The notes under the pieces are model-generated. The model worked only from the letters and a program-made list of their open reading frames with translations, ran no database searches and had not been told where the DNA came from. 23,269 bases of DNA, taken from NCBI GenBank assembly GCA_039638295.1, contig JBDIWJ010000029.1:1-23269 (forward strand). Direction: 5' to 3'. The DNA is from Candidatus Phoenicimicrobium oleiphilum. GTDB taxonomy: Bacteria; Atribacterota; Phoenicimicrobiia; Phoenicimicrobiales; Phoenicimicrobiaceae. This document shows positions 9,100 to 18,588 of the stretch, piece after piece (positions within the stretch are counted from its first letter, which is position 1; every line of letters begins with the position of its first letter). Both the position numbers and the translations under genes were made by a program.

Positions 9100-10734
9100 A
9101 AGGTGTAGACTTGAACTTCTTATTTTCACACTTTCTTGTTTTATCCTACTTAATTAATCTTCTTATTACCATATAGGTACATTACCAGTTATATCTTGAA
9201 TATGTCTCAATTGAAAACGAGCTTGTTGAAGTATATTGTGAGCTTCGCTAAAAGTAAAGCTGTTGATAATTTTAATTGCTTCCTCTTTCTTGTTATCTCG
9301 AATAAGTTTCAATGCTTTTTCCTCAATCGTGCTTTGCCTAATAAGGATATTTGCATGGTAAGTTAACCAAAAACTTTTTAACATTGGATAGACTGTATCG
9401 AATGCAGTATCTCCATATTTTTGAATTAATCTAAATGTCCACCATGCCGAATCTGGACTAATAGATCCATTTACATTTTGAAATTCTTTGGGAATGTCAT
9501 AGGCTCCTGCATAAAGTGGAAAATAGCCACTATAACCTGGCGTTGCCATTGCATACCACATAACTGCACCAATTTCTACAGGTAAATTACTACGCAATTG
9601 TGCTACTGATGATGATTGACATAGATTTGTATTAATTGTTCTGGGAATTAATAATTTATCAGTAACATCTTCCCAAGGCTCAACAGTTAATGGCTTGTGG
9701 TATTTTGTAGTTCCTTCATAGCGGTCCATAAGCACTATAAACAAATCTTCTGGAACTATAACACCTTTTTTTGATTCTAAAAGTTTGTAAGCTCTATTTT
9801 CACGATCAATATCATAAGGGTTATTCATCCGCTCCGGCAACCCATAAACATCACGAAAATTAAATTTTCCTTTCTTCGAATCATACCAACCTTTTGATTC
9901 TGCATATTCTATTAATCCCTTGCTACTTAAATCGAAATCATCCTTAATTACAAAATAATTCGCTACTACAAGGATTTCATCGTCTTTAACTTTTCTAGCA
10001 ACCCAATGCTTCGAAGTCGTTTCGATAATCCAAGCCTCATTCGGATCAGCTAAGCAGTAATCAAGACCACCCCAATCTGCTTGTCCATATTTATCTATAA
10101 ATTCGCCTACGAGCAATACCGCATCTTTTGCCGTTTTCGCTCTTTCAAGGATTAGTTGTCTAAGAGCATACCTTCTTATGCCTTCTCCTGGAAGATTTTC
10201 TTCTTTTGAGTACATCCAATTACAACTCATCGTAACTCCCCATTGATTCATACCAACTAAAACAGAATCATATGGTCTTTCTTCAACAGATATCCCTAGT
10301 CCTGTTGTTGATAATGCATTGCCAGACGCCCAGTATTGAAAAGTTTGTTCAACTTGTGGAATACTAACATAGGGTACTTTTAATGTTTCTCCAGCCTTAT
10401 GTGTAAAAGCTTTTACTGGCCACAATCTCCCAACAGCTGTAAAGCCCATATCTTCATTATGTGCATGTATAACAGAGCCATCAACAGTCAATTCTTTGCC
10501 AATAAGTATTGTGGTACAACTAAAACTACTTATTGAAATTAGTAAAAAACAAATTAATGATAATAATGATATTTTTATCAATCTATTCTTGTTCATTGTT
10601 TATACCCCCTAAATTTTTATTTGTATTCTTAAATTATAGACAATATACATAAATGTTTTTTCTTTTTATAATGGTTTATTTTGTACATCACCTTCCTTGT
10701 ATTTATGATTTAATAAGGTTCAAGTCTACACCTT
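9100..10734. mobile_element. Candidate non-autonomous cassette bounded by 17-bp perfect inverted repeats, carrying a peptidase gene
   Basis: AAGGTGTAGACTTGAAC (9100-9116) and its exact reverse complement GTTCAAGTCTACACCTT (10718-10734). No transposase inside and no clean target-site duplication. Confidence 0.5.
9166..10596 (-). CDS. Secreted C69-family (Ntn-hydrolase) dipeptidase
   Basis: Signal peptide followed by SFS/CTTILIGKELTVDGSVIHAHNED with the N-terminal Cys nucleophile; GMNQWGV, ILERAKTAKDAV and ADPNEAWIIET motifs. Confidence 0.88.
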   Translation of the reverse strand: MNKNRLIKISLLSLICFLLISISSFSCTTILIGKELTVDGSVIHAHNEDMGFTAVGRLWPVKAFTHKAGETLKVPYVSIPQVEQTFQYWASGNALSTTGLGISVEERPYDSVLVGMNQWGVTMSCNWMYSKEENLPGEGIRRYALRQLILERAKTAKDAVLLVGEFIDKYGQADWGGLDYCLADPNEAWIIETTSKHWVARKVKDDEILVVANYFVIKDDFDLSSKGLIEYAESKGWYDSKKGKFNFRDVYGLPERMNNPYDIDRENRAYKLLESKKGVIVPEDLFIVLMDRYEGTTKYHKPLTVEPWEDVTDKLLIPRTINTNLCQSSSVAQLRSNLPVEIGAVMWYAMATPGYSGYFPLYAGAYDIPKEFQNVNGSISPDSAWWTFRLIQKYGDTAFDTVYPMLKSFWLTYHANILIRQSTIEEKALKLIRDNKKEEAIKIINSFTFSEAHNILQQARFQLRHIQDITGNVPIW

Positions 10735-10741
10735 AATAAAT

Positions 10742-10846
10742 TTATAAGTATTCAGCAATTAATTTTTGACCTTCACTGAATTTTTTATAATTATCTTTTA
10801 TGCGTGAGGGTAAATCAATATAATTTTTCTATTTTTCAGGATTCAA
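10742..10846 (-). pseudogene. Degenerate duplicate of the rpiR 5' end
   Basis: Translates MNPEK*KNYIDLPSRIKDNYKKFSEGQKLIAEYL* versus RpiR MNSEKDKNYLDLQSRIKENFKNFSASQRLIAEYLL. Same TTG start, internal TAG at 10829-10831, ends 7 bp from the inverted repeat. Confidence 0.85.
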
Positions 10847-10870
10847 TTTATGTCTCCCCTAATTTCAATT

Positions 10871-10994
10871 ATTAAACACTGATAATAATGCAAGAATTGC
10901 ATCATTTAAAATATTTTATGCAATTTATATTTCTATTTTAAATTATACCACACAAAATCAAAAAATCCTTCTTTTTTTAAAAAAAATTAAAAAT
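10871..10994 (-). promoter_or_regulatory. Duplicate (copy B) of the rpiR promoter/operator region
   Basis: Aligns with 8936-9059: ATGCAA-gaa-TTGCAT (10888-10902), TGTGGTATAAT on - (10942-10952) and about 35 identical nt (aaaaaatccttctttttttaaaaaaaattaaaaat). Confidence 0.75.
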
Positions 10995-11019
10995 ATTTTT
11001 TTAATTTTATAAGAAATGC

Positions 11020-11060
11020 AAAAAGGGGGTTAAATGTGTTTTTAAAACTCATCTAACCCC
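11020..11060 (-). terminator. Intrinsic terminator after the cyclodeaminase gene
   Basis: On -: GGGGTTAGATG...CATTTAACCCC stem (one G-U pair) followed by CTTTTT. Confidence 0.7.
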
Positions 11061-11141
11061 TTAGTTTTTCTTTTATCTAAATATAAATTGGATAGCTATA
11101 TTTATCCTAATTTATATAAATATTTTTACATCAATTCATAT

Positions 11142-11768
11142 CTATTTCATTTTTTCCTCTACTATTTTTAATACTTTCTCTTTCTGCCCTTTTTCTTTTA
11201 ATAGTACTTCTTTTAAGGAAGAAGAAAGTTCTTCTCTTACCCTTTCATCTTTAATCGTTCTCAAATTTATTTTTACATTCAATATAGCACTTTCCAGTGC
11301 TGCTTCTGCCATCAAAGCTGCCACCCCGGCATCACTTACTACATTAATATTACCTTCTTCGGCAATTTCCCACGAAAGACTTAAAATATCAAGACATTTA
11401 TAAGCCACTTTAAGGGGGACTTTTGCTGCTTCTATAAGCGATTCTTGTATTTTTTCCGCCCTCACCTTTTTTTCATCATCAGTTTCCTTGGGCATCTTAT
11501 AAGTAGCCATAAAATTATTAAAAACTCTAACATCTTCTTCTATTAATTGACTTAATTCATAACGTAATTTCTCAGAAGATCCTATAATTTTTTTAATATC
11601 TTCTTCGACATTTTCGTACTTCTTTTTACCCAAGGTTAAATTACCTACCATAGAAATTAAAGCAGCTCCCAGCGCACCGGCTAATGCTGCTACACTTCCT
11701 CCACCAGGTGTTGGAGAATTAGAAGCCAATTCATCTAAAAAATTGCTAACCTTTTTATCAACTAACAT
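11142..11768 (-). CDS. Formiminotetrahydrofolate cyclodeaminase / methenyl-THF cyclohydrolase family (FTCD C-terminal-like)
   Basis: FLDELASNSPTPGGGSVAALAGALGAAL, GNINVVSDAGVAA and ILNVKINL motifs. ATG 11768 has a GGAGG RBS (11776-11780). Confidence 0.9.
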   Translation of the reverse strand: MLVDKKVSNFLDELASNSPTPGGGSVAALAGALGAALISMVGNLTLGKKKYENVEEDIKKIIGSSEKLRYELSQLIEEDVRVFNNFMATYKMPKETDDEKKVRAEKIQESLIEAAKVPLKVAYKCLDILSLSWEIAEEGNINVVSDAGVAALMAEAALESAILNVKINLRTIKDERVREELSSSLKEVLLKEKGQKEKVLKIVEEKMK

Positions 11769-11830
11769 TAATTTACCTCCTTTATTCATTTACAAAATCG
11801 TCTTAATAGATTTTTTGTCTTCTATATCTT

Positions 11831-12241
11831 TTATTCTTTTTTTATTAAATCAGGATTTTCGTTTTTTATATAATCCATTAATTTGGTTAAATCAGGGGTA
11901 TTAATTAATACTTTCCTTCCTTTCCATCCCTTCATAAAATATACTAAAGATTTTTCTTTGCCTTCTTTAATATCTACAGAGTCCATCTCCTTAAAACTAA
12001 ATCGTTCTTCCCTCTTCATTAAGAATAGAGTTGTAGTAGTTATAAGCAACCCATCTTTATCAATAGCTATTACAACTTTATTAGAAACCACTAATATAAA
12101 AAAGAATCCTAAAATTAATACAATAATTTGGTGGCTAATAACCCCCCAAATTATTGTAACAACACCTACTAATAAAGAGGAATATTCCATCCATTTCTTA
12201 GTCTCTTTAGGATTATAAGTTTTAATCATTTTTCTCTCCAT
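11831..12241 (-). CDS. Hypothetical membrane protein (2 TM plus a small beta-rich domain)
   Basis: 136-aa ORF co-oriented with its neighbours, with two hydrophobic helices; no family recognised. Confidence 0.65.
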   Translation of the reverse strand: MERKMIKTYNPKETKKWMEYSSLLVGVVTIIWGVISHQIIVLILGFFFILVVSNKVVIAIDKDGLLITTTTLFLMKREERFSFKEMDSVDIKEGKEKSLVYFMKGWKGRKVLINTPDLTKLMDYIKNENPDLIKKE

Positions 12242-12250
12242 TAACCTAAT

Positions 12251-12295
12251 CTAGTAACCTGGTTTGCCAGTTGGCCAGTTTACTGGTTAACTAGT
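12251..12295. repeat. Degenerate 8-bp tandem repeat tract
   Basis: On -: ttaaccag taaactgg ccaactgg caaaccag gttactag (period 8); related to the units at 18481-18520. Confidence 0.55.
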
Positions 12296-12461
12296 CTTCT
12301 AATTTACTCTTCTTTCGATCTACTAATTTATTAGTTTAACAGCCTTTCATTCTATCCTCTACGTTTTTACAAACATAGATAAGATAATTATAGTAATCAT
12401 TTAAATGATTAACGGGGAACAAAGCCGAGTAAAAGACAAAAAACAAAAACCTATTCTATTT

Positions 12462-13658
12462 CTATTTATTTTTAACTTTTTTTAAATCCTCAATCAACAA
12501 AGGAATTACTTTAAATAGATCTCCCACAATTCCCAAAGTAGCAACTTTAAATATGGGCGCTTCAGGATCCTTATTGATGGCAATAATCCTCTTGGAAGTC
12601 TGCATCCCTACTAAATGTTGAATAGCACCAGAAATACCACAAGCAATATATAATTCAGGAGCTACTGTCTTCCCAGATTGACCAACTTGTTGATGATGGG
12701 GTAACCATCCCGCATCGATAATAGCACGAGAGCCACCAACTGCCGCCCCTAAAATATTAGCTAAATCACGTACTAAATAAAGATTATCAGGTGAGCCTAA
12801 CCCTCTTCCTGCAGACACAATAATATCAGCTTCTTCTAAATTGGTTACTTCACTAACTTCCTTTACGACTTCTATTATCTTAGTACGAATAGATAGAGGA
12901 TTTAATTTCGCCTCTATCTTAATTATTTCTGGAGATTGAGAATTTGAGCAAGGTACAGATTTTTTAAATACATTAGGCCTTACCGTAGCCATCTGAGGAC
13001 GAGTATATTTACACAATATCTGGGCCATTATATTTCCACCAAAGGCAGGTCGAGTCTGAAGCAGATATCCCTCTTCGGTAATATCTAAATCGGTGCAATC
13101 AGCAGTCAACCCAACTCTGAGTCGAGCAGCAACCCGAGGGGCTAAATCCCGTCCGGTATTAGTTGCTCCGATTAACAGTATATTTGGTTTATATTGGGAA
13201 ACAAGACTAATCAATGTATAAGTATAAGCATCAGTAGTATATCTTTTTAAAACTTCATTTTCGACTAAGTAAATTTTATGAATTTCATAGGAAGTCAATT
13301 CTTTTATTAAATGAGAAACATCATCTCCTACTAATACAGCAGCTAATTCTTGATTCAGTCTTTGAGCTAGCTCCTTAGCTTTGCTCAGCAGCTCTAAGGA
13401 TATAGGTTTTATTCTCCCTTGATACTGTTCAATAAACACCCATACTCCTCGATAATTAGAAGTATCCTCTGTGGTCAATCTTTCTCTTTTAATAAGGATA
13501 GCCCCCGCAGGACAAGATTCTTGACAAACTCCACACATAGTGCATCCTGCATCTATTATCGCTAAATCATCAACTATCTTTATTTGATTAAAGGGGCATA
13601 ATTTAACACATCTTCCACATCCATTACATTTATTTTTGTCTACTATTATTTCCGCCAA
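12462..13658 (-). CDS. etfA: Electron transfer flavoprotein alpha subunit with N-terminal 2x[4Fe-4S] domain
   Basis: CNGCGRCVKLCP and CTMCGVCQESCP, then GLTADCT, QTRPAFGG, QVGQSGKTVAP, GISGAIQH and INKDPEAPIF. Confidence 0.95.
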   Translation of the reverse strand: MAEIIVDKNKCNGCGRCVKLCPFNQIKIVDDLAIIDAGCTMCGVCQESCPAGAILIKRERLTTEDTSNYRGVWVFIEQYQGRIKPISLELLSKAKELAQRLNQELAAVLVGDDVSHLIKELTSYEIHKIYLVENEVLKRYTTDAYTYTLISLVSQYKPNILLIGATNTGRDLAPRVAARLRVGLTADCTDLDITEEGYLLQTRPAFGGNIMAQILCKYTRPQMATVRPNVFKKSVPCSNSQSPEIIKIEAKLNPLSIRTKIIEVVKEVSEVTNLEEADIIVSAGRGLGSPDNLYLVRDLANILGAAVGGSRAIIDAGWLPHHQQVGQSGKTVAPELYIACGISGAIQHLVGMQTSKRIIAINKDPEAPIFKVATLGIVGDLFKVIPLLIEDLKKVKNK

Positions 13659-13673
13659 ATTACTTCATCCCTC

Positions 13674-14468
13674 CTAAATTATCTTTTCTTGTTGTAGAAA
13701 ATTTATAATTTCCCGAGATGCATCTTTGGGTTCAAGTTTAACCATCTTACCTGATTGATGCACCTGAGGAGTAAATATATTTACTACTTGAGTGGGAGAA
13801 CCATCAGCTCCTAATTTAGAATAGTCTGCCTCTAGGTCAACTGATTTTAAAACTTTAATCTCTTTTCTTTTAGCTATTAAAATTCCTCTAATGCTCGGAT
13901 AACGGGGTTCATTCAAAATTTTCAACACGGTGATTAATACTGGTAGTTTGCATTGAATAATTTCATAACCATCATCTGTTTCCCTATGTAAAATTATTTC
14001 CTTTTCATCCTTACAAATCTCTACTTTTTTTACATAAGTGATTTGGGGTATTCCTAATTGTTCAGCTAATTCAGGTCCTACCTGAGCAGTATCTCCGTCA
14101 ATAGCCTGTTTACCACAAATAACTAAATCTGGTTTTAACTGTTTAATAACTAAAGATAAAGTATAGGCAGTTGCCAGGGTATCTGAGCCAGCAAATGCTT
14201 TATCTGATATTAAAATAGCTTCATCTGCCCCCATAGCCAAACATCTTCTTAAAGCTTCTTCTGCTTGAGGAGGACCCATAGTTATAACAATTAATTCTCC
14301 CAAATATTTTTCTTTAATTCTTAAACCTTCTTCCACAGCATTTTCATCAAAAGGATTGATAATTGAAGGCACACCTTCTCTTTTTAGGGTGTGAGTTTTA
14401 GGATCAATCATTACCTCGCTTATCTCTGGTACTTGTTTGATGCAGGCTACAATTCTCAAATTCATCAT
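13674..14468 (-). CDS. etfB: Electron transfer flavoprotein beta subunit
   Basis: CIKQVP, INPFDENAVE, GSDTLAT, GKQAIDGDTAQVGP, NEPRYP and GSPTQV. Confidence 0.95.
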   Translation of the reverse strand: MMNLRIVACIKQVPEISEVMIDPKTHTLKREGVPSIINPFDENAVEEGLRIKEKYLGELIVITMGPPQAEEALRRCLAMGADEAILISDKAFAGSDTLATAYTLSLVIKQLKPDLVICGKQAIDGDTAQVGPELAEQLGIPQITYVKKVEICKDEKEIILHRETDDGYEIIQCKLPVLITVLKILNEPRYPSIRGILIAKRKEIKVLKSVDLEADYSKLGADGSPTQVVNIFTPQVHQSGKMVKLEPKDASREIINFLQQEKII

Positions 14469-14498
14469 CCTTTCTACTTAATTTTATAAAATTTTTTA

Positions 14499-15600
14499 CT
14501 AATACTTTCTTTTACTCTTTAAATAGGACTCAATAAAGCAATCTATTTCGCCATCCATAATCGCTTGTAGATTTCCACTTTCTACATCTGTTCGATGGTC
14601 TTTCACCAGCTGATAAGGATGGAATACATATGAACGAATCTGACTCCCCCAGGCAATTTCTTTCTTTTTTCCACTAATTTTTTTTAAATCTTCTTCTTTT
14701 TCCCGTTGGTAATATTCAAACAATCTTGCTCTTAAAATCTTCATTGCAGTCATTTTATTACTGTATTGTGACCTTTCGTTTTGACACTGTACTACAATAT
14801 TAGTAGGCAAATGAGTTATCCTAACTGCAGAGTCAGTGGTATTAACATGCTGCCCTCCTGCTCCAGTAGCCCGATAAGTATCTATCCGTAAATCTGATTC
14901 TTTAATATCTATATCAACATCTTGATCGACTTCAGGAATGACTTCCACTGAGGCAAAAGAAGTATGTCTTCTTCTATTGGCATCAAAAGGGGAAATCCGA
15001 ACCAGACGATGTATTCCTTTCTCAGCTTTTAGGTATCCAAAGGCATAGTTTCCACTAACTGTAAAAGTAACATTCTTAATCCCTGCTTCTTCACCAGGTG
15101 ATATCTCTATTATTTTTGTCGAAAGTCCTCTCTTTTCTGCCCACCTTAAATACATCCGCAATAACATCTCTGCCCAATCTTGAGATTCTGTGCCACCGGC
15201 ACCGGGTCGAATAGTAACGATAGCATTGTTAGCATCATACTTGCCATCAAATAGAACAATTAATTCTTCTTTTTCAATATTATTTTCTAAAGCCTTAATT
15301 TTTTGTTCTATCTCTTCCCAAATCTCTTTCCTGTCCTCTTCCATATTCAGCTCTAAAAGTACCATCAATTCTTCTAAATCAGTTTTCAACTTATTAAATT
15401 CACTTACAATATTCTTTAATTCTTTAACTCTTTTTATAATTTTCTGTGCTTTTTCTTGATCAGACCAGAACGAGTCCTTAGACATTTCTTTCTCTAACTT
15501 ATCTATTTCTCTCTCTTTTGTTGATAAGTCAAAGATAAGCTCCCATTTCATCAATTCTTTTTTGAAGTTGTTTTGCTCTGTGTTGTAATTCCTCTATCAT
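14499..15600 (-). CDS. prfB: Peptide chain release factor 2, made by a programmed +1 frameshift (about 366 aa)
   Basis: ATG 15600 opens MIEELQHRAKQLQKRIDEMGAYL, then CTT-TGA-C (15534-15528); the +1 frame continues DLSTKERE. SPF and GGQ motifs present; gene follows secA. Confidence 0.96.
15528..15544 (-). other. prfB frameshift cassette
   Basis: GGGAGCTTAT-CTTTGAC: internal SD-like GGAG upstream of the canonical CTT TGA C shift site. Confidence 0.92.
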
Positions 15601-15774
15601 TATTTACGCCCCTTTCTTACCTTCTTAACTTTAATCTTTTTTAATGAATAATTTTAACCTTTAGTAAAAATAAAATTAGATTACTCCATTTTAAAATTTT
15701 CTACAATTATACTAATTAATGGTCAATTTGACAAATGAAGTAATCATAAAAAAAGAAATTTCTATGAAATTATA

Positions 15775-18324
15775 TTATATGTTTTTACCGCAACAATATT
15801 TATATTTCAACCCACTGCCACAGGGGCAAGGATCATTTCTTCCGATTTTTTTATTCTTTTTTTCAGCCTTTTGTCCTATTTTTTTCGACTTAATAGAAGA
15901 TGTACTTCCTGCTGAACTACTCACCAGAGGAGCTGGAGCTACTCTTCTTACCTGGCTAATAACCCCGCGTTCCTCCCTTTTTATTCTAACTTTATAGATA
16001 AATTTAACTACCTCTTCTTTAATGCTATTGACCATATCCTGGAACATATTATAGGCTTCAAAATGATATTCCATCAATGGGTCTTTTTGTCCATAAGCTC
16101 TTAGTCCTATTCCTTGTTTTAATTCATCCAAACGTCGTAAATGATCTTTCCATTCCCGGTCTACTACTCTTAGTACAATCATCCTTTCTATCTCCCTCAT
16201 TACAGGGGGAGTAAATTCCTTTTCTCGCATTTCATATATCTTAAAGGCTTCTTTAACTAAAATATCCTTCAAGTTAGAGATAGATAACTTAGGAATTTCC
16301 TCTTTAGAAATAACTAATGAAAAAGTAAAAATCTGATTAATATGTTCTTTAAGTCCTTGCCAATCCCATTCTTCAGGGTATATTTCTTTATTGGTATAAC
16401 CTCTTAATATATTTTCAATGGTATCTTCCACCATACTTAAAATATGCTTTTTGATATCTTTACTCTCTAATACCATCCTCCTCTGTTCGTAGATTACTTT
16501 TCTCTGGTATTCCATTTCATTATCAAAATCTAAAAGTTGTTTTCTTATCTCAAAATTTCTTCCTTCTACTTTCTTTTGGGCACTCTCTATTGATCTGGTA
16601 ATCAAAGGATGTTCTATGGGAACATCTTCCTCAACGCCCAATTTTTCCATAATTCCACTGATTCGATCAGAACCAAAAAGTCTCATTAAATCATCCTCTA
16701 AGGAAAGGAAAAAGCGAGATGAACCTGGGTCTCCCTGCCTTCCTGCTCTTCCTCTCAATTGATTATCAATACGCCTACTTTCGTGTCTTTCAGTTCCAAT
16801 TACATGTAATCCTCCTAATTTAGCCACACCTTCACCCAATACAATATCAGTTCCTCGCCCAGCCATATTGGTAGAAATAGTCACTTTCCCCTCTTGACCA
16901 GCCTGAGCCACAATCTCTGCTTCCCTCTCGTGATTTTTGGCATTAAGGACACTATGTTCGATATTCTCCTTTTTTAATAATTTACTTAATTTTTCTGATT
17001 TATCAATGGAAACCGTACCTACCAACACGGGTCTTCCCATTTTGTGGATTTCCACTATTTCTCTGATAACTGCCCTAAACTTTTCCTCCTCTGTTCTATA
17101 AATCACATCGGAATAATTATGCCTAATCAATTTTTTATTGGGTGGAATAACTACTACCGGTAAATTATAGATATGGATAAACTCCTCTTCTTCGGTCTTA
17201 GCAGTACCAGTCATACCAGCAAGCTTTTTGTATAATCTAAAATAATTCTGGAAAGTTATGGTAGCCAGAGTCTGATTTTCTCGGGCAATTGTTACTCCCT
17301 CTTTTGCTTCAATTGCCTGATGGAGACCATCACTATATCTTCTTCCAAACATTAATCTGCCAGTGAATTCATCAACAATAATTACTTCTCCATTTTTTAC
17401 TATATAATCTACATCCTTTTTGAATAATCTGTGTGCCTTTAAGGCTTGTATAATACAGTGTTGTATATTCATATTTCTTTCATCATATAAATTATCAATC
17501 TGTAACATTCCCTCGATTCGGGCAACACCTTCCTCAGTTAAGGCAACTGTCTTTTCTTTTTCGTGTACTTTATAATCAATATCTTTCTGTAGTCGGGTAG
17601 CAATTCTGTTTATCTGTTGGTAAATCTTGGTCGATTCCTCAGAGGGACCAGAAATAATCAAAGGAGTACGAGCCTCATCTATTAAAATACTATCTACTTC
17701 ATCAACAATGGCAAAGTGATGCCCCCTTTGAACAACATCTTCTAATCGAATCGCCATATTATCTCTTAAATAATCAAATCCAAATTCATTATTAGTACCA
17801 TAGGTTATATCCGCTTCATAAGCTTTTTTCCGTTCCTCAATAGGCATATCGTGTTGAATTAAACCGACTTTCAGCCCTAAAAATTCATAAATTCCACCCA
17901 TCCAATATCTATCTCGTTTAGCTAAATAGTCATTTACGGTAACAATATGAACACTTTGGCCACTTAAAGCATTTAAATAAGCAGGCATAGTAGCCACTAA
18001 AGTCTTACCTTCTCCAGTTGCCATCTCAGCAATCTTCCCCTGATGTAGAACAATCCCTCCTATTAGTTGGACATCAAAAGGTCTCATCTTGGTTACTCGT
18101 TTGGCTACTTCCCGGACTACGGCAAAAACTTCGGGGAGAATATCGTTTAGAGTCTCTCCTCTACCTAATCTTTCCTTGAATTCAGAGGTTTTGTTTTTTA
18201 ATTCCTCATCGTTTAATCTGGAAATATCTGGCTCATAAGAATTTATCTTTTCTACTACAGGTTGCAGTTTTTTTAATTCTCTTTCATTGGAATCGCCAAA
18301 TACCCTTTTTACTATGTCAAACAT
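15775..18324 (-). CDS. secA: Preprotein translocase ATPase SecA
   Basis: [51 protein letters not shown] and C-terminal SEC-C motif [18 protein letters not shown]. Confidence 0.99.
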   Translation of the reverse strand: MFDIVKRVFGDSNERELKKLQPVVEKINSYEPDISRLNDEELKNKTSEFKERLGRGETLNDILPEVFAVVREVAKRVTKMRPFDVQLIGGIVLHQGKIAEMATGEGKTLVATMPAYLNALSGQSVHIVTVNDYLAKRDRYWMGGIYEFLGLKVGLIQHDMPIEERKKAYEADITYGTNNEFGFDYLRDNMAIRLEDVVQRGHHFAIVDEVDSILIDEARTPLIISGPSEESTKIYQQINRIATRLQKDIDYKVHEKEKTVALTEEGVARIEGMLQIDNLYDERNMNIQHCIIQALKAHRLFKKDVDYIVKNGEVIIVDEFTGRLMFGRRYSDGLHQAIEAKEGVTIARENQTLATITFQNYFRLYKKLAGMTGTAKTEEEEFIHIYNLPVVVIPPNKKLIRHNYSDVIYRTEEEKFRAVIREIVEIHKMGRPVLVGTVSIDKSEKLSKLLKKENIEHSVLNAKNHEREAEIVAQAGQEGKVTISTNMAGRGTDIVLGEGVAKLGGLHVIGTERHESRRIDNQLRGRAGRQGDPGSSRFFLSLEDDLMRLFGSDRISGIMEKLGVEEDVPIEHPLITRSIESAQKKVEGRNFEIRKQLLDFDNEMEYQRKVIYEQRRMVLESKDIKKHILSMVEDTIENILRGYTNKEIYPEEWDWQGLKEHINQIFTFSLVISKEEIPKLSISNLKDILVKEAFKIYEMREKEFTPPVMREIERMIVLRVVDREWKDHLRRLDELKQGIGLRAYGQKDPLMEYHFEAYNMFQDMVNSIKEEVVKFIYKVRIKREERGVISQVRRVAPAPLVSSSAGSTSSIKSKKIGQKAEKKNKKIGRNDPCPCGSGLKYKYCCGKNI

Positions 18325-18390
18325 TATTATTTTTTCCTTCTCATTCTATTGTTTGAAATTATTTTTTTATGTTATGAACTATCAACTTAC

Positions 18391-18583
18391 CATAGTTGTT
18401 ATTTGGTTACTTAGTTAGTTGGCTGGTTTAATTTAGTCACTGGTATGACGACAGGCATCTCGCCTATCTATTAATTCATTAACTAACTAACCAGGTAACC
18501 AATTAACTATGTAACTAAACATTACACGCTACCGCTCTACGCTATACGCTAAAGTACGATATGCGAAATACGATATACTATAC
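18391..18583. repeat. Composite intergenic element: imperfect inverted repeat, central hairpin and 7-mer tract
   Basis: catagtt/ttggttac/ttagttagtt (18391-18420) is mirrored by aactaactaa/gtaaccaa/aactatg (18481-18511). Central GACAGGC-atctc-GCCTATC (18450-18468). Then heptamers cgctcta cgctata cgctaaa ... cgatatg cgaaata cgatata. Confidence 0.6.
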
Positions 18584-18588
18584 CCTAA

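Noticed and set aside
10629..10696. 19-codon ORF (MYKINHYKKKKHLCILSII) upstream of the peptidase
   Set aside because: The SD-like GGAAGGTG abuts the ATG with no spacer, and there is no other support.
9091..10743. Target-site duplication around the peptidase cassette (TAATAAA on both sides)
   Set aside because: Not symmetrically adjacent to the repeats, and likely by chance in AT-rich DNA.
10829..10831. In-frame TAG as pyrrolysine or readthrough
   Set aside because: The frame stops again at TAA after codon 34 and the rest of rpiR is missing; simple decay explains it.
15534..15554. prfB as a frameshifted pseudogene or starting at 15554
   Set aside because: The canonical CTT TGA C programmed frameshift explains the broken frame.
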